Part shown: positions 1-18,625 of the stretch, piece after piece
Layout: every line of letters starts with the position of its first letter
Numbering within the stretch: position 1 is the stretch's first letter
Source: the human T2T-CHM13v2.0 reference genome, Homo sapiens
NCBI RefSeq assembly: GCF_009914755.1
Contig: NC_060938.1
Length of the DNA: 64,000 bases
Reading direction: 5' to 3' (one strand)
Notes under the pieces: generated by a model
Seen by the model: only the letters and a program-made list of their open reading frames with translations
Databases searched by the model: none
What the model was told of the DNA's origin: nothing
Position numbers and translations under genes: made by a program

Positions 1-1260
<1,260 letters not shown>

Positions 1261-1333
1261 AGTCATTATGTGGCACACAATGAGGTGTGACTCGAATCTG
1301 GAATCTCCAGTGAAAACCAATGAAACAGGTTCA

Positions 1334-1480
<147 letters not shown>

Positions 1481-2769
1481 TCAGAAACAAACAAACACAC
1501 AAAGCCAATAAAGGTGTTTCACTCAATGTGTCAGACTCAGGTCTCTTGACAGGATACATCCAGCACCCAGGGAAACGTCGAGGGGTGGGGTGGAATCTAT
1601 TTTGTGGCCTCAAGGAAGGGTTTGAGAGATAGTCCCGCAAACGTGACTGCCTAAGGAAGCCCCTCCGCCCAAGAAGCGATATTCACTTGTGTCCTGTAGC
1701 CACCCACGAGGGAGAATCGGGCTCTCTACAGAACCCCCAACCCCCACCCCAACCCACCCATCCCGCCTCATGAAATGAGCTCTTGCTCCGTCAGGCTCTA
1801 TTCACACCCTGTGGTTTTGTAACCTCCAGTGTGTATGCATGGGTTGCGGGGTGGGGTGGGGGCGGCTGTGGACAGAGGAGGGGATAAAGCGGCAGTGTTC
1901 CGCGGGTTCCTGGGACGTGGGACGTGAGTGGGGTGGACAGAGCCTAGTTAACTCATCGCCTGTCAGGACATCTTACCTCCTGGTCCCCTCTCTGACCTAC
2001 GCTCCACATCTTCGCAGTTCAGTGGGGACCTTGTGGGTGGAAGTCGCAATCCCTTTCTACTTTAGCCTATGAAGGCCGGGCTCCCAAGAGTCTCCCCGGA
2101 GTCGGGGCCTTGGGCAGGCTCACAAGGATGCTGACGGTGACGGTTGGTGATGGTGATGTACGTTGGAGGCCTCGGGCCAATGCAGAGGTATCCATTTGAC
2201 CTCGGTGGGACAGGTCAGCTTTTCGGAGTCCCATGCGTCCTTCCAGAGACTCATCCAACGATAGCAAGCATGGTCCCGAGGATCCCAGCTCCCAGCAGAG
2301 GCACTTTTGTTCACACAGAATCCTGGGCAGGAAAGTTCTCAGCAGGTTTACGCCTCCTAGCCAAAAAGTCAAAGCCACTTCTGGGATTTTTTTTCAAAGA
2401 GCCAGTGGTTCCACAAGGGGCCATGGGTAGTTGTGGAAATGGAGAGACGTGTTTGCAGATACATATTTGAGACAGAACAGACTGGGCTCTGTCACAGTTC
2501 ATGTAGAACACGAGCAGATGCACATTAAGAAAAACCTCCCAGCATCCTAGGTGAACAGAGGTATGATTTTTTGAGACAGTCGAGGGAGACGCAACCCCAG
2601 ATTTTATGGTTGGATCTTTATTAATATGTAGTATCTATGAGGTATCCAAGTCCAGAAATCAACTCGCCAGTTCTGTACAGCATTCTGTAGGGAGATCAAA
2701 TCTGGGATGTCTAATGTTAAGAATTCAGGTCGTGGTAATGGATTAGATTAGATGTACTTGAACTTATTT

Positions 2770-3900
2770 TGCAAAGAAAGAGAGGGCGGGAGATAGCGAG
2801 AGCCAGAGAGCGGGCGAGAGAGAGAGATACAGAGACAAAGACAGAGACAGAGAGAGACAGACAGAGAGACACAAAGATACACAAAGAGAGAAAGACAGAA
2901 AGAGAGAGACAGACAGATAAAGACACAGACAGAGAAAGACAGAGATGGACAGAGACAGAAAGAAACAGAAAGAGACAGAGACAGAAAGAGAGAGAGACAT
3001 ACAGAGAGAGACAGACAGACAGGCAGGCAGACAGTCAGAGAAAGAGAGTAAGACAGAAGGCAGAAACACACACACACAGAGAGACAGAGACAGATGGACA
3101 GACAGAGAGAAAGAAAGAGAGAGATAGACAGAGAGAAAGAGACAGAGAGAGAAAGACAGAGACAGACAGAGGGAGACAGAGAGAAACAGAGACAGAGAGA
3201 GAGAGAAACAGGCAAGGAGAGAGAGAGACAGACAGGCAGAGAAAGACAGTAAGACAGAAGACAGACACACAGAGAGACAGGCGGAGAGAGACAGACAGAG
3301 AGACAGAGACAGAGAAACAGACAGGCAAAGAGAGAGAGAAAAAAACAGACAGACAGGGAGAGAGAGAGAGACCTACAGACAGACAGGCAGAGAGAGAGAC
3401 AGAGACAGCGAGACAGAGAAAGAGAGATACAGACAGACAGACAAAGAGACAGAGAAAGACAGAGATGGACAGAGAGAGACAGAGAGAAACAAATAGAGAG
3501 AGACAGAGAGAGAGAGAAAGAGAGAGACAGACCGGCAGAAAAAGAGTAAGACAGAAGACAGACACAGTGAGAGAGACAGGCAGAGAGAGAGACACACAGA
3601 GACAGAGAGACAGAGAAAGAAAGAGACAGACTGAGAGACAGACAGAGAAAGACAGAGATGGACAGAGAGAAACAGAAAGAGAGAGAGACAGAGAAAGAGA
3701 CAGAGACAGAGAGAAACAGACAGACAGACAGGGAGAGAGAGAGAGAGACAGACAGACAGAGAAAGGGAGTAAGAGAGAAGACAGACACAGTGAGAGAGAC
3801 AGGCAGAGAGAGAGAGAAATAGGCAAAGAGAGAGAGACAGAGAAAGATAGAAGACAGATAAAGAGAGAGAGAGAGACAGAGAGAGGAGGAGGAAGGGCAT
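2770..3900. repeat. GA/GACA-rich low-complexity tract (IGS TC-rich tract on the minus strand)
   Basis: About 1.1 kb of (GA)n/(GACA)n with recurring interruptions. Confidence 0.97.
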
Positions 3901-3969
3901 GCTCAGGAAATAATTACACATATTTTATAACGCTTTTGATCCCATAAACGGTGGCCGGGGTGTGCTTTG

Positions 3970-4023
3970 AAAACAACAACAACAGCAGCAAGAGCAGCAG
4001 CAGCAGCAAGAGCAGCAGCAGCA
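3970..4023. repeat. Interrupted (CAA)n/(CAG)n microsatellite
   Basis: aacaacaacaacagcagcaagagcagcagc... Confidence 0.9.
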
Positions 4024-5154
4024 ATCGCTTACGGATTTCTAGAACATAAGATGTTCTGAAGTCTAGTAAACATCAACCGGCTCTCACTATACGTTCAGAG
4101 ATTCACAAAATCGTTAGTTAACAACAGGAGAAAACCGCAGCTAACATGTCTTGGGCAAAATATACGTCTTCCTGAAAACTGGGGATTTCTACTTCGTCTA
4201 AAAAGAAATACATAAGAAAAAGGAAAAACACGAACAAAACAAAACAAGCCAACAAACACAGGCCAAGGCACTGTCCCTGGAAATCTTAAGTGAGCAAAGT
4301 ATTAGTTTTCAGAAAGCATTTCTATTTTGGGCTAATACTAAGAAGGCCCAGACTAGAGCTGTGACGTCATTCCCACTGTGAAACTATGCTGGACTGAGGG
4401 CTGAGAAACTAAAACATCATGATAAAAGGTGATAGAGACCCAGCCGGGGTGAAGCTTTCCTAGGGAGGGAGGCCTGAGGAGGGAAGCGGGGCAAAAACCC
4501 CACAACTGCAGACCCGCCCGCTTGCCCAAGCGGGTCAAGGGCTATGCCATCAGCCCAAGCTGCCTCTGGGGAAGTAGGACCGGGCCACCCCCATCTTCAA
4601 AAATGGTGGCCACTGAGTGAGGCCTGACGCCCACCAATGCAAATGTCAGCCTGGCAAGAATGAGATCGCCGGCAAGCGGTGGGGGAAGGGGAGAGAAGAC
4701 GGAGGCACACCGGGGTGGCTCCGGAAGGTTTCCAAGCAGGGTGTTGGCAGGCGGGGTTGGGGGGTTTGGGAGGAACCCACCTAACTGACTCACTAAATGA
4801 AGATAAAGGGACGTGGGTAGTGGGGGGAGCCGGGGCGGGACTTGAAAATTAAACGGACCCCTCCTAAAACCCAAGTAGAAGAGTCTATGCACATGAAAGA
4901 AACCAAAACAGAAAGAAAACTAAAGCGCTGATCAAAGAACAATAGGGCCCCCGCCAGGGCGGAGGTTCCCTAGGCAACGAGGAAGAGAGGGAGGGGTCTC
5001 CAGAAGGGAGAGAGAGAAACCGGTTGCCCCAGGCTCGGTGAAGTCGGCCAGACCTCTCTCCATGTCACCTCGACTTTCAATAACAGTGGCCGCTAGGTGA
5101 CACCCAAAGACAACCGATGCCTGCAAGTGTCAGTCAGCAGGTAAAAGAATGCAT

Positions 5155-5481
<327 letters not shown>

Positions 5482-5734
5482 TTAACCATGTATTTTTAAG
5501 TCGAGGAGCTTATCAGGGAAATACGAGAAGTAGGGACGCCACACATGACAGGGAGAAACGTTTGAAAATGCCCCTTCCATCCAAGTGGGGACCCGGCCTC
5601 GACCTCCCAAAATCATACACCGAGTGGCGAAGCCTAGCAAGGACCGTCTGTCTAGATTCCTCTCTGCCTCTCTAAGCAGGCGCTTCTCACTTTCGTGGAA
5701 GGAGCAGGGCCCTCCCCGGCAAAAGGGCTCTGAC

Positions 5735-7560
<1,826 letters not shown>

Positions 7561-7589
7561 AGGTCCTAGCCCAGTAGCGATACAGTGAC

Positions 7590-8510
7590 TTTTCTTTCAT
7601 TTTATTTCTTTTCTGGTTTTCTTTTCTTTTCTTTTCTTATTTATTTATATATTTATTTATTTGGAGACCAAGTCTCACTCTGTCACCGAGGCTGTAGTGC
7701 AGTGGCAACATCCTGGGTCACTGAAACCTCCGCCTGCGAGGTTCAAGCGATTCTCCTGCCTCAACCTCCCGAGTAGCTGGGATTACACATGCCTGCCCCA
7801 CTGCGCCCAACTCAGTTTCGTATTTTCAGTAGAGAAGGGGTTTCACCATGTTGGCTAGGCTGGTCTTGAACTCCTGACCTCGTGAACCACCCACCTCAGC
7901 CTCCCAAAGTGCTGGGATGACAGACGTGGGCCACTGCGTTCAGTGTACAGTGTCATTTCTTAGAAATCACTCATGGGAATGCACACTTGTAGGTCATGTG
8001 TAGAGATTTTATTTATTTGTTTGTTTATTTATTTATTTATTTATTTATTTGCACGGGAAGGTGGGGGGACGGAGTTTCGCTCTTGCTGCCCAGGCTAGAG
8101 TACAATGGCATAGGGGACTCAAGGAGTTAACCTATGGCAGAGACGACACGTCATTCTGAGTGTAAGGGCCGCAGCGAAAAGTGTCATGGCTCCTGTTTTT
8201 AAAGGCTGAAATCCCGGCGGCTCAGGCCTGTCGTCCCAGAACTTTGGGAGGCACAGGAAGGTGGATCACTTGAGGTGAGGAGTTCAATACCAACGTGGCC
8301 AACATGGAGCAACCCCGTCTCTACTAAAAATAGAAAAATTAGCCGGCTGTTGTGGTGCGCGCCTGTAATCCCAGCTACTGAAGAAGAAACACTGGAACCC
8401 GGGAAGAAGAGGTTTCAGTGAGCCGAGAGAGCGCCACTTCAACGCAGGCTGGGTGACAGAGAGAGAGAGACTCAGTCCAAAAAAAAGAAAAGAAGAAAAA
8501 AGAAAAAGAA
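7590..8510. mobile_element. Alu cluster: minus-strand Alu ~7590-7940, fragment ~8010-8110, plus-strand Alu ~8205-8510
   Basis: Recognisable Alu arms and tails. Confidence 0.85.
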
Positions 8511-8666
8511 CAGGCCCAAATACTGCATTGTCGCTGAATGTTCCCCCAAAAGGCCGGAAACCCCCTGACTCAGGTACAGGAGGTGCTGTTTCGTTTAACT
8601 TCTCTCTCTCTCTCTTTCCCTCTCTCCCTCTCTCTCTCTCTCTCCCTCTCTCTCTCTTTCTCCCCT

Positions 8667-8960
8667 AACTTTCATTTCTTGCTCAAACATACATGTGCAA
8701 GATTGTTACATAGGTAAACTTCTGACAGGGGGGTGTTCAGTGTGCAGATGATTTCATCAGCCAGATACTCAGCACAGTACTTGACAGTTTTCTTGTTTTG
8801 TTTTGTTTTGTTTTTTCCTGAAGCTGTCTTTCCTTCCACCCCTCCTCCCTCAAGTAGGCTCCCGCTTCTCTGGTCCTCCTCGTTCTGCCCACGCAGAACT
8901 GTCATCTATAAGTTCCCACTTATGGATGAGAACACGCGGTATTTAGCTGATTGTTGCTGT
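8667..8960 (-). mobile_element. Old L1 (L1PA15/16-like) 3' end fragment
   Basis: tacatgtgcaagattgttacataggtaaac ... cccacttatggatgagaacacgcggtattt resembles a reversed L1 3' UTR. Confidence 0.7.
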
Positions 8961-9452
8961 CATCTTCGGCGGTGGCGGTGAAAGAGGCATGACACTAAAT
9001 CGGCCCTTAGGACACTCCCCTCCGTCCCCACCCCACACCACCACCCCATACACACCCTCATTCCTGCATCCCCTCCTCAAACGCAGGAAAGGAAGAAAGA
9101 CAAATTAAAGTAAGAGGTCAGCCTCCAAGGCGGTGGAGTCAGGGGATCTCAAAGGGTGAGCAAGCGATGGGGGTCGGGGGATGTCTTGGCTGAGCTTGCA
9201 ACCATAGGGGACCGAGTTTCCAGCCCCACCCACACCCCCTAATCCTCAGCCACAGCCAGCCTCTGGGTGGGATTGCGCCTGTAAAACTTCTGAATGGAGA
9301 GAAGCCGAAGGCGATGGAAGGCATCAGCTCCAACTCCAGGAAGGAAATAGGGCTTTGTGCATTTGAATGGGGCTTTAGAAGGCGGTGCTGTGTCTTCCAA
9401 AGCGATGCACCTCGCCTCGCCTCGCCTCGACCAGAGCGAGACTCTGTCTCAA

Positions 9453-9485
<33 letters not shown>

Positions 9486-9567
9486 TAAAAAAATTCATCA
9501 ATGAAAGAAAGAAAGAAGAAAGAAAGAATTAGTACAGCGGTCATGGTCGTGAATCATTCCCCAGAGA

Positions 9568-11049
<1,482 letters not shown>

Positions 11050-11175
11050 TAATCTTTTTAATAAGTTGTAGAGAAGGGGTTTCGTCAGTAGCTGGGTGGA
11101 GGGTGGGGTGGGTTTTACTCAGACTGCGTAATGTGAAAAGTGTAAATTAGTGTGGTTTGTGAACTAGATGTGGAA

Positions 11176-11177
<2 letters not shown>

Positions 11178-11248
<71 letters not shown>
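11178..11248. repeat. Compound (GT)n(GA)n microsatellite
   Basis: Seen directly. Confidence 0.98.
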
Positions 11249-11250
<2 letters not shown>

Positions 11251-12329
11251 AATCCCACCATGAGGACCCGGAAATGGTGTTTGATTTGGGTCCCTGTCTA
11301 GTCACCTCTTTGTCTGTAGATGACTGAGGATTCCACAAATGAAGGTCAGCAGTATCTATTGAGCTGTTTCTCCCTCTCATGGGTCTCGTCTGTGTGGTGG
11401 AGAAAGGGAAGAAAAGAGGTTCTGATGGGAAGTTGTCTTCATGCCTGAGGAAGCTGAAGGCAGGCTGAGGGAAAGGAGGGCATCCTATGTGACATTTCCA
11501 TACCTGTGCACCCTTTACAATGCTGGGGCTGCCAGTCCACCCTGTACGTCAACCCATCCCCAAGAACAGCACGGTCCGGGGTGATCCAGTCCATCCCATC
11601 TGGCCCACCCGGGGCATCTGGTGGAAGTCTTCGCTGCAGGATTCCAAAGCAGCATCAGCGTCCTTCCCTTGGGGTCGCCGGGCAAAGGCCAGCTGGAGGA
11701 GGGTGGCGGGATGTGAAGGGGGGAGGGGCATCGACCTCAGAGCTCCCTGGAAGGTGGCAGGCAGCTGGTGGGGGATGCTGAGCCAGAGATGTCTGGCAGG
11801 ATATAGATCTGGAAGCCACGTCAGTCCTCTCCCATACCTCTCCCATGGAAAATCCCATCGCGGCGGTGGGAGCCTTGGCTGGGAGAGAAGCGGGGACAAG
11901 AGGAAGAGGGAAGGAGGCCCTCGGGAGGATTTAGCACCGAAAACCCACCCAGCCAAGCTCCCTCCCTCCTATGGGGTCCAAGGTACACGCTGGGAGGCAG
12001 CAAGAGAAACGTTCACCCCGTGCTTTTTGTCTTTCTCTTTATTTTTTTCATCTTTTCAATTTTAAAAGAGATGCTCATTTCAACAACTAGACGGTGGATG
12101 TGACGGGAGAAGTGTCAAGGCCAGGAGTTTGAGACAAGCCCGAGCAACTGAGCAACACAAGTAGGAGAGCCCAGCTGAAAACAATGAAAAAAAGAAGGAG
12201 GAGGAGGAGGAAGAAAGAAAAGAAAAGAAATTAAAAAAAAAAGAAAAGAAAAGAAAAGGAAAAAGGAAAACAACCACCAAGAAAGTTAAAATTCTCCAAT
12301 GGTGCAGGCACAAAAAAGAGCGATTTCAC

Positions 12330-12630
12330 CTCTTTTCCCACAATATGGATAGAGCTGGAAGCAAGTATGTACCCAGTGAACTGTCTTCTGCTTACAAGTG
12401 GGAGGTAAACAGTGGGTAAGCACACGGTCATCAAGATGGAAATAGCAGACACTCCAAAAGGGAGGAGGAGGGTAAGAGGGGGACGAGGGATGAATAAATC
12501 GCCCGTCGGAGACAATGTTCGCCACGTGGGTATCGGATACACTGGAGGTCCACTTCTACAACTGGAGGCAGCAGTAGGCCTTTCTAACAAACAAGCACGT
12601 ACACCCCCTGAGTCTGTAAAATACCAAAAC
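12330..12630 (+). mobile_element. Old L1 (L1PB/L1MA-like) 3' end fragment
   Basis: tggatagagctggaagc ... acaagtgggaggtaaacagtgggt ... gtacaccccctgagtctgtaaaat matches the L1M 3' UTR layout. Confidence 0.65.
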
Positions 12631-13011
12631 AATGACGACAGCACCACCAGCAGCAACAACAACAACAGAACAGAAGCTGGAACACAAAACCACCACCACC
12701 ACAATCACCAGTTGGGGGTTGGGGGAGGGTGGCCGCGCTCGAGGCCCTCAGGCTCAGTCCCCTCGGGTTTAAAAAAGAAAACAGCAGACTCATTCCTGTC
12801 TGTAGGCAGGAAAAATCCAATCAAAGGTCTCCATTGCTAGAAAGGGAAGTAGAATAAGGAGAAGGGCTTATTGATCTTCTTGTGGTCGATCGAGACCATA
12901 CATGTAGTAAAAAATTAAATTCAGACAGCAATACTTTCTACACTGTTCAAAAGCATCGGAGATCAGACGCACCACACTCCATGGGGCTTGTGCCACTAGA
13001 AAGAAAAGGCA

Positions 13012-13470
<459 letters not shown>

Positions 13471-13774
13471 AGAACAACCAAAAACCTACAAGCATACTCA
13501 GAGATAGTGTGGGTTTGGTTCCAGACAACCACAAGAAGGTAAATGTTACAAACAAGTTAGTCGCATAAACACTTTGTTTCCCAGTGCTTATAAAAGTTAT
13601 GCTTAAACTATGTTGTAGTCTAATGAGTATTTAATAATTATTAATTAATTAATTAATTAGTAATCGCATTATGTCTACAAAACTATGTACATACCTTAAC
13701 TTAAAATACCTCATTGCTGAAAAATACTAATGAATATCTGAGCCTTACCAAGTCATAATCTTTTTGCTGGTGAG

Positions 13775-14805
13775 TGAAGGGGTGGCCCACCCCTCCAGAC
13801 TTGTGGGTATTTCTAGTCAGGTGGGACAAGAGACTGAGAAAAGAAGTAAGACACAGAGACAAAGTATAGAGAAACAACAGTAGGCCCAGGGGACCGGCGC
13901 TCAGCATACCAAGGACCTGCACAGGCACCGGCCTCTGAGTTCCCTCAGTTTTTATTGCTTATTATTTTCATTATTTCAGCAAAAAGGAATGTAGTAGGAG
14001 AGTAGGGTGATAATAAGGAGAAGGTCAGCAAAAAACATGTGAGCAAAAAAATCTATGTCATAATTAAGTTCAAGGGAAGGTACTATGAGTGGACGTGCAC
14101 GTAAGCCAGATTTATGTTTCTCTCCACCCAAACATCTCAGTGGAGTAAAGAATAACAAAGCAGCATTACTGCAAACATGTCTCGCCTCCCACCATAGGGC
14201 GGTTTTTCTCTTATCTCAGAATTGAACAAATGTACAATCAGGTTTTATACTGAGACATTCAGTTCCCAGGGGCAGCCAGGAGACAGTGGCCTTCCTCTAT
14301 CTCAACTGCAAGAGGCTTTCCTCTTTTACTAATCCACCTCAGCACAGACCCTTACCGGGTGTCGGGCTGGGGGACAGTCAGGTCTTTCTCATCCCATGAG
14401 GCCATATTTCAGGCTATCACATGGGGAGAAACCTTGGACAATATCCCGCTTTCAAGAGCAGAGGTCCCTGCGGCTTTCTGCAGTGCATTGTGCCCCTCGT
14501 TTATTGAGACTAGAGAATGGCGATGACTTTTACCAAGTATACTGCTTGTAAATATTTTGTTAACAAGGCACATCCTGCACAGCCCTAGATCCCTTAAACC
14601 TTGATTTCATACAACACATGTTTTTGTGAGCTCCAGGTTGAGTCGAAGTGGCTGGGGCAAAGTGGCTGGGGCAAAGCTACAAATTAACAACATCTCAGCA
14701 AAGCAATTGTTTAAAGTACAAGTCTTTTTCAAAATGGAGTCTCTTACGTCTTTCCTTTCTATGTAGACACAGTAACAGTCTGATCTCTCTTTCTTTTCTC
14801 TTACA
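13775..14805 (-). mobile_element. HERV-K (HML-2) solo LTR, LTR5A-like
   Basis: TG...CA ends, 1031 bp, TSD GTGAG at 13770-13774 and 14806-14810. Minus-strand TATAAAA at 14243-14249 and AATAAA at 13951-13956. Confidence 0.93.
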
Positions 14806-15683
14806 GTGAGGGTCTTGCCTCTATGTTGATGGCTGCTGACTGATCAGTGTGGGGGCTGCTGAAGGTTGGGTGCTTGTGTCAATTTCTTAAAACAATGAAG
14901 TTTGTTCCTTTCACAAAAGATTTCCCTGTAGCATGTTGATGCTGTTTGATAGCATTTTATCCACAGTAGAACTTCTTTCAAAATTGGAGTAAACCCTCTC
15001 AAACCCTGCTGCTGCTTTATCAACTAGGTTTATGGAATATTCTAAACGCTTTGTTGTTATTTCAACAATGTTCGTAGCATCTCCACCTGGAGTAGATTCC
15101 ATCTCAAGAAAATATTTTCTTTGCTCATCCATAAGAAGCAACTCCCCAGATGCTCAAGTTTCATCATGAGTTTACAGCAATTTAATCTCATCTAAAGGCC
15201 CTAATTCTAATTCTGGTTGTCTTGCGATTTCTACCACATCTGTAGGGACTTCCTCCACTGACATCCTGAGCCTTCAAAGTCTTCCATGAGGGCTGGAATC
15301 ACCTTCTTCCAAACTCCTGTTAATGTTGATATTTCAACCTCCTCCCATCAATCACAAATGTCCTTAATGGCATTTGCTATTAAGGACATTTATGATTCAC
15401 GTGAAGAGGTTGAAATATCATGAAAGGATTAATGGTGAAACCTTTCCAAAAGGTTTTCAATTCAGTTTATCCAGATTCATCAAAGAAATTAGTATCTATG
15501 ACAGCTATACCTTTACAAAATGCATTTATTATTTAATAAAAACACTTGAAAGTCAAAACCACTCCTTGATCCACAGGCTGAAAGATAGATATTGTATTAG
15601 CAGCCATGAAAATAATATTAATTTCCAAGTACATCTCCATCTAAGCTTTTGGGTAGCTAGGTGAATTGTCAATAAGCAGCAAT

Positions 15684-16087
<404 letters not shown>

Positions 16088-16451
16088 TAGGTCTCAATAG
16101 TGGGATTAAAATATTCAGTAAACCATGCTGTTAACAGATGTGTTGTCACTCAGACTGTAATGTTCCATTTCTAGAGCACAGAAAGAATAGATTTTGCATA
16201 ATTCTTAACGGCCCTGAGATTTTCAGAGTGGTCAATGAGCACTGGCTGTAACTTAAAGTCACCAACTGCAGTGGTCCTTAAAGAGAGTCAGCCCATCCTT
16301 TGAAGTTTTGAAGCCAAGTGTGGACATCTCTCTAGCGATGAAAATTTTACATCTTCACTATGCTTAATCATTTCTAGCTCTGGACTTCAAGTGAGAGACG
16401 TGCAATTCTTCCTTTCATTTGAGCTCTTTGAGGCCACTGTGCTTACTAATT

Positions 16452-17212
16452 AACACCCCCGGCGGATGTCATCCTCCTCCCTCCTCAATCGAGTTCACCC
16501 ACACCGGGGCATAGGGAACAGGGCTTGCCGCACCCCACACACCCTGCATGCCTGGGGCTCTCCCACAGGGGGCTTTCGTGAGCCAGGGAGCAAGGGCCGT
16601 CCCACCGCTCCAGCCTAGCCAGGCTGCGCAGGCAGAAGGAATCTCTCAACGTGCCCCGGCACGCGGGGATTTTGTGTTTGCTGCCCTGGCCCCTCTAGAA
16701 GTAGGACTGTCCCACCCTCAGACTCCTCGGTGGCCTCCGCACCCCAAAAAATGCCAGGAGGACCAGGACCCGCAGCACAGCGGCCTGCTGGGTGCATGCT
16801 CAGTGGGACAGCTTGGGTACCCTCAAGCTGAGTCACAGGGGCAAAGTATGTTTGCGCCACCCACATCCCACCAGAGTCCGCGGTGGGGCTGGAGCCCCAG
16901 GTTGCCAGGGCGGCGTGGGAAACTGAAGACGGGGCACCTCCACTTCCGAAGCTCGCGACCTCAGAGGCCTCCGGGTCAAGCACATATGCAAGCCATCCAG
17001 GCGCCTCCCAACCGCTCCAGGAGCCGGGGCGCTCATCTACACTCACCCCCAGCCAGTAAACCCCCTGCCAGTAAACCCCAGAGTTCCAGCAAAAGGCGCA
17101 ACTTTTCCTAGATCCGGCGCCACTGGGGGAGCTGAAGGACGTGGAAGAGCCCGCTCCGCTGGAACCACTCCTCAGCCAGGAAGAATAGCGGGCTGTGCTG
17201 GGGGAGCTTTAG
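16452..17212 (+). pseudogene. DUX4L: DUX4-like pseudogene copy 1 (3' half only, no homeoboxes)
   Basis: PGALPQGAFVSQGARAVPPLQPSQAAQAEGISQ...SHPQTPRWPPHP aligns to the DUX4 mid-region. Ends ...EE*RAVLGEL with the DUX4-equivalent TAG at 17210-17212. Contains frameshifts and stops. Confidence 0.93.
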
Positions 17213-18625
17213 GACGCGGGGCTGGGGCTGGGTAGGGGCAGGGCGGCGGCCTCTCTTTCACGGTGAACCTCTGACTCGGTATGGAGAGGCGTGTCTTCCC
17301 TTCCAGCTGACCTGCCTAGGATCCCTGAGTTCCAGGTCCCGTGAGAGACTCCACTCAGAGGAGGGCTGTCATTCTTTTCTGAGCATCCCGGGGATCCCAG
17401 GGCCCCTCCAGGTACCGGGAGGCGGACTGTCTACTGCTCATGCGCGAGTTAGCAGGCAGTAGCCTAGGTTTTCTAACTAGCCTAGGTGGAGTTCTCATCA
17501 CTTCCCTCTTGCCCCCCACCGCGTTCTTCAGTGGGGCGGGCGGAGACCTCCATCCCGGGAAACACTGGCCCGGGCAGGTGCCAGGTCTGTTCTTCTTTCC
17601 GCGTCTCGCCAACTCTGCATCCCCGCCACACCGTCACTCGCCTACCCTTGCCCCACCAGCTTCCTCGGCATCACCGTGGAGCGCCTGACAGCTAAATGCA
17701 GACCCGAGACCCCGCGCAAACCGGGGTGCTGCCCTTTCTACGCGGGAGGGAACTCAGGCAGAGATGGGGAGAGGAACGGAGACAGAGAGGGAGGGAGCGA
17801 TGGAGGGAGGAAAGAACGGATGGACCGAGGGACCTTGGAAAGGATGGAGGGATAGAAGGAAGGAGAGAGGGAAGGAGGGAGGGAGGAAGGGAAGGGGGGA
17901 GGAACTGCGGGAGGGACGAGGGGAAAGAGGGAGGGAGGGAGCAAGAAACAGAGAGAGGAAGGCAGAGAGAAAAGCAGTCTTCTGCCTCCAGGACCACCAG
18001 GATCTTGCACTCCGGGAAAATGTTGGGTGCACAGTGCAGGCTAAGTGCTCGGCCCACAGCCGCGTCGGCCTGCGGGGCTCTCACCGGCCCTCTGGATCGC
18101 CAGCCTGGGTTACTTCATCCAAGAGCGATTCAGCCGAATTTCGTCTCCCAAGGAATGAGGGAATTGTCCAGAGAGCAATGAGCCGAGACTCCGGTGATTG
18201 TCCATTTTTCATCCACATGGTTCACAGATGAGATAGCCCCACGTTGAGCCTGCAACGGAGCGCTAGGTGGATAGTCTCGTCCACACAGGAGTCACACTCA
18301 GGCCGACTGAAGTGTGGTTTCGGGTTCCACTTTCCTTTGCCTTCTGCAAGGGGACCTGTTGCTCATGCATCTCTGGCCCCCGAAAGCGTGACCATGTTGA
18401 CTGTTTGTTTCCCGAGCTCTCTGGGGACACAGAAACCTCCAGAGAACCGTGGAAAAACAGCATCGTGTCTTCGCTCTCCTTTCCAGTTCCCTGTTTGGAA
18501 ACAGGCCATAGTGGAGACTCCCCATGTTGCAGGAAACAGGAATCCCTCTTCAGGCCCTGATGCACTGGGCCTTTCTTTTCTCTGTAGTTTCGCTCTCGTT
18601 TTCTACATGAAAATGAACGAGATCC
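17213..18625 (+). repeat. D4Z4-related (3.3-kb family) non-coding spacer, unit 1
   Basis: Colinear paralog of 22669-24083, including the GGAG-rich tract. Resumes at 21192 after the retrocopy. Confidence 0.85.

Noticed and set aside
9453-9482. (AATC)n as a DUX4 binding array
   Set aside because: It lacks the leading TAA of TAAYYYAATCA; it is an ordinary Alu-tail microsatellite.
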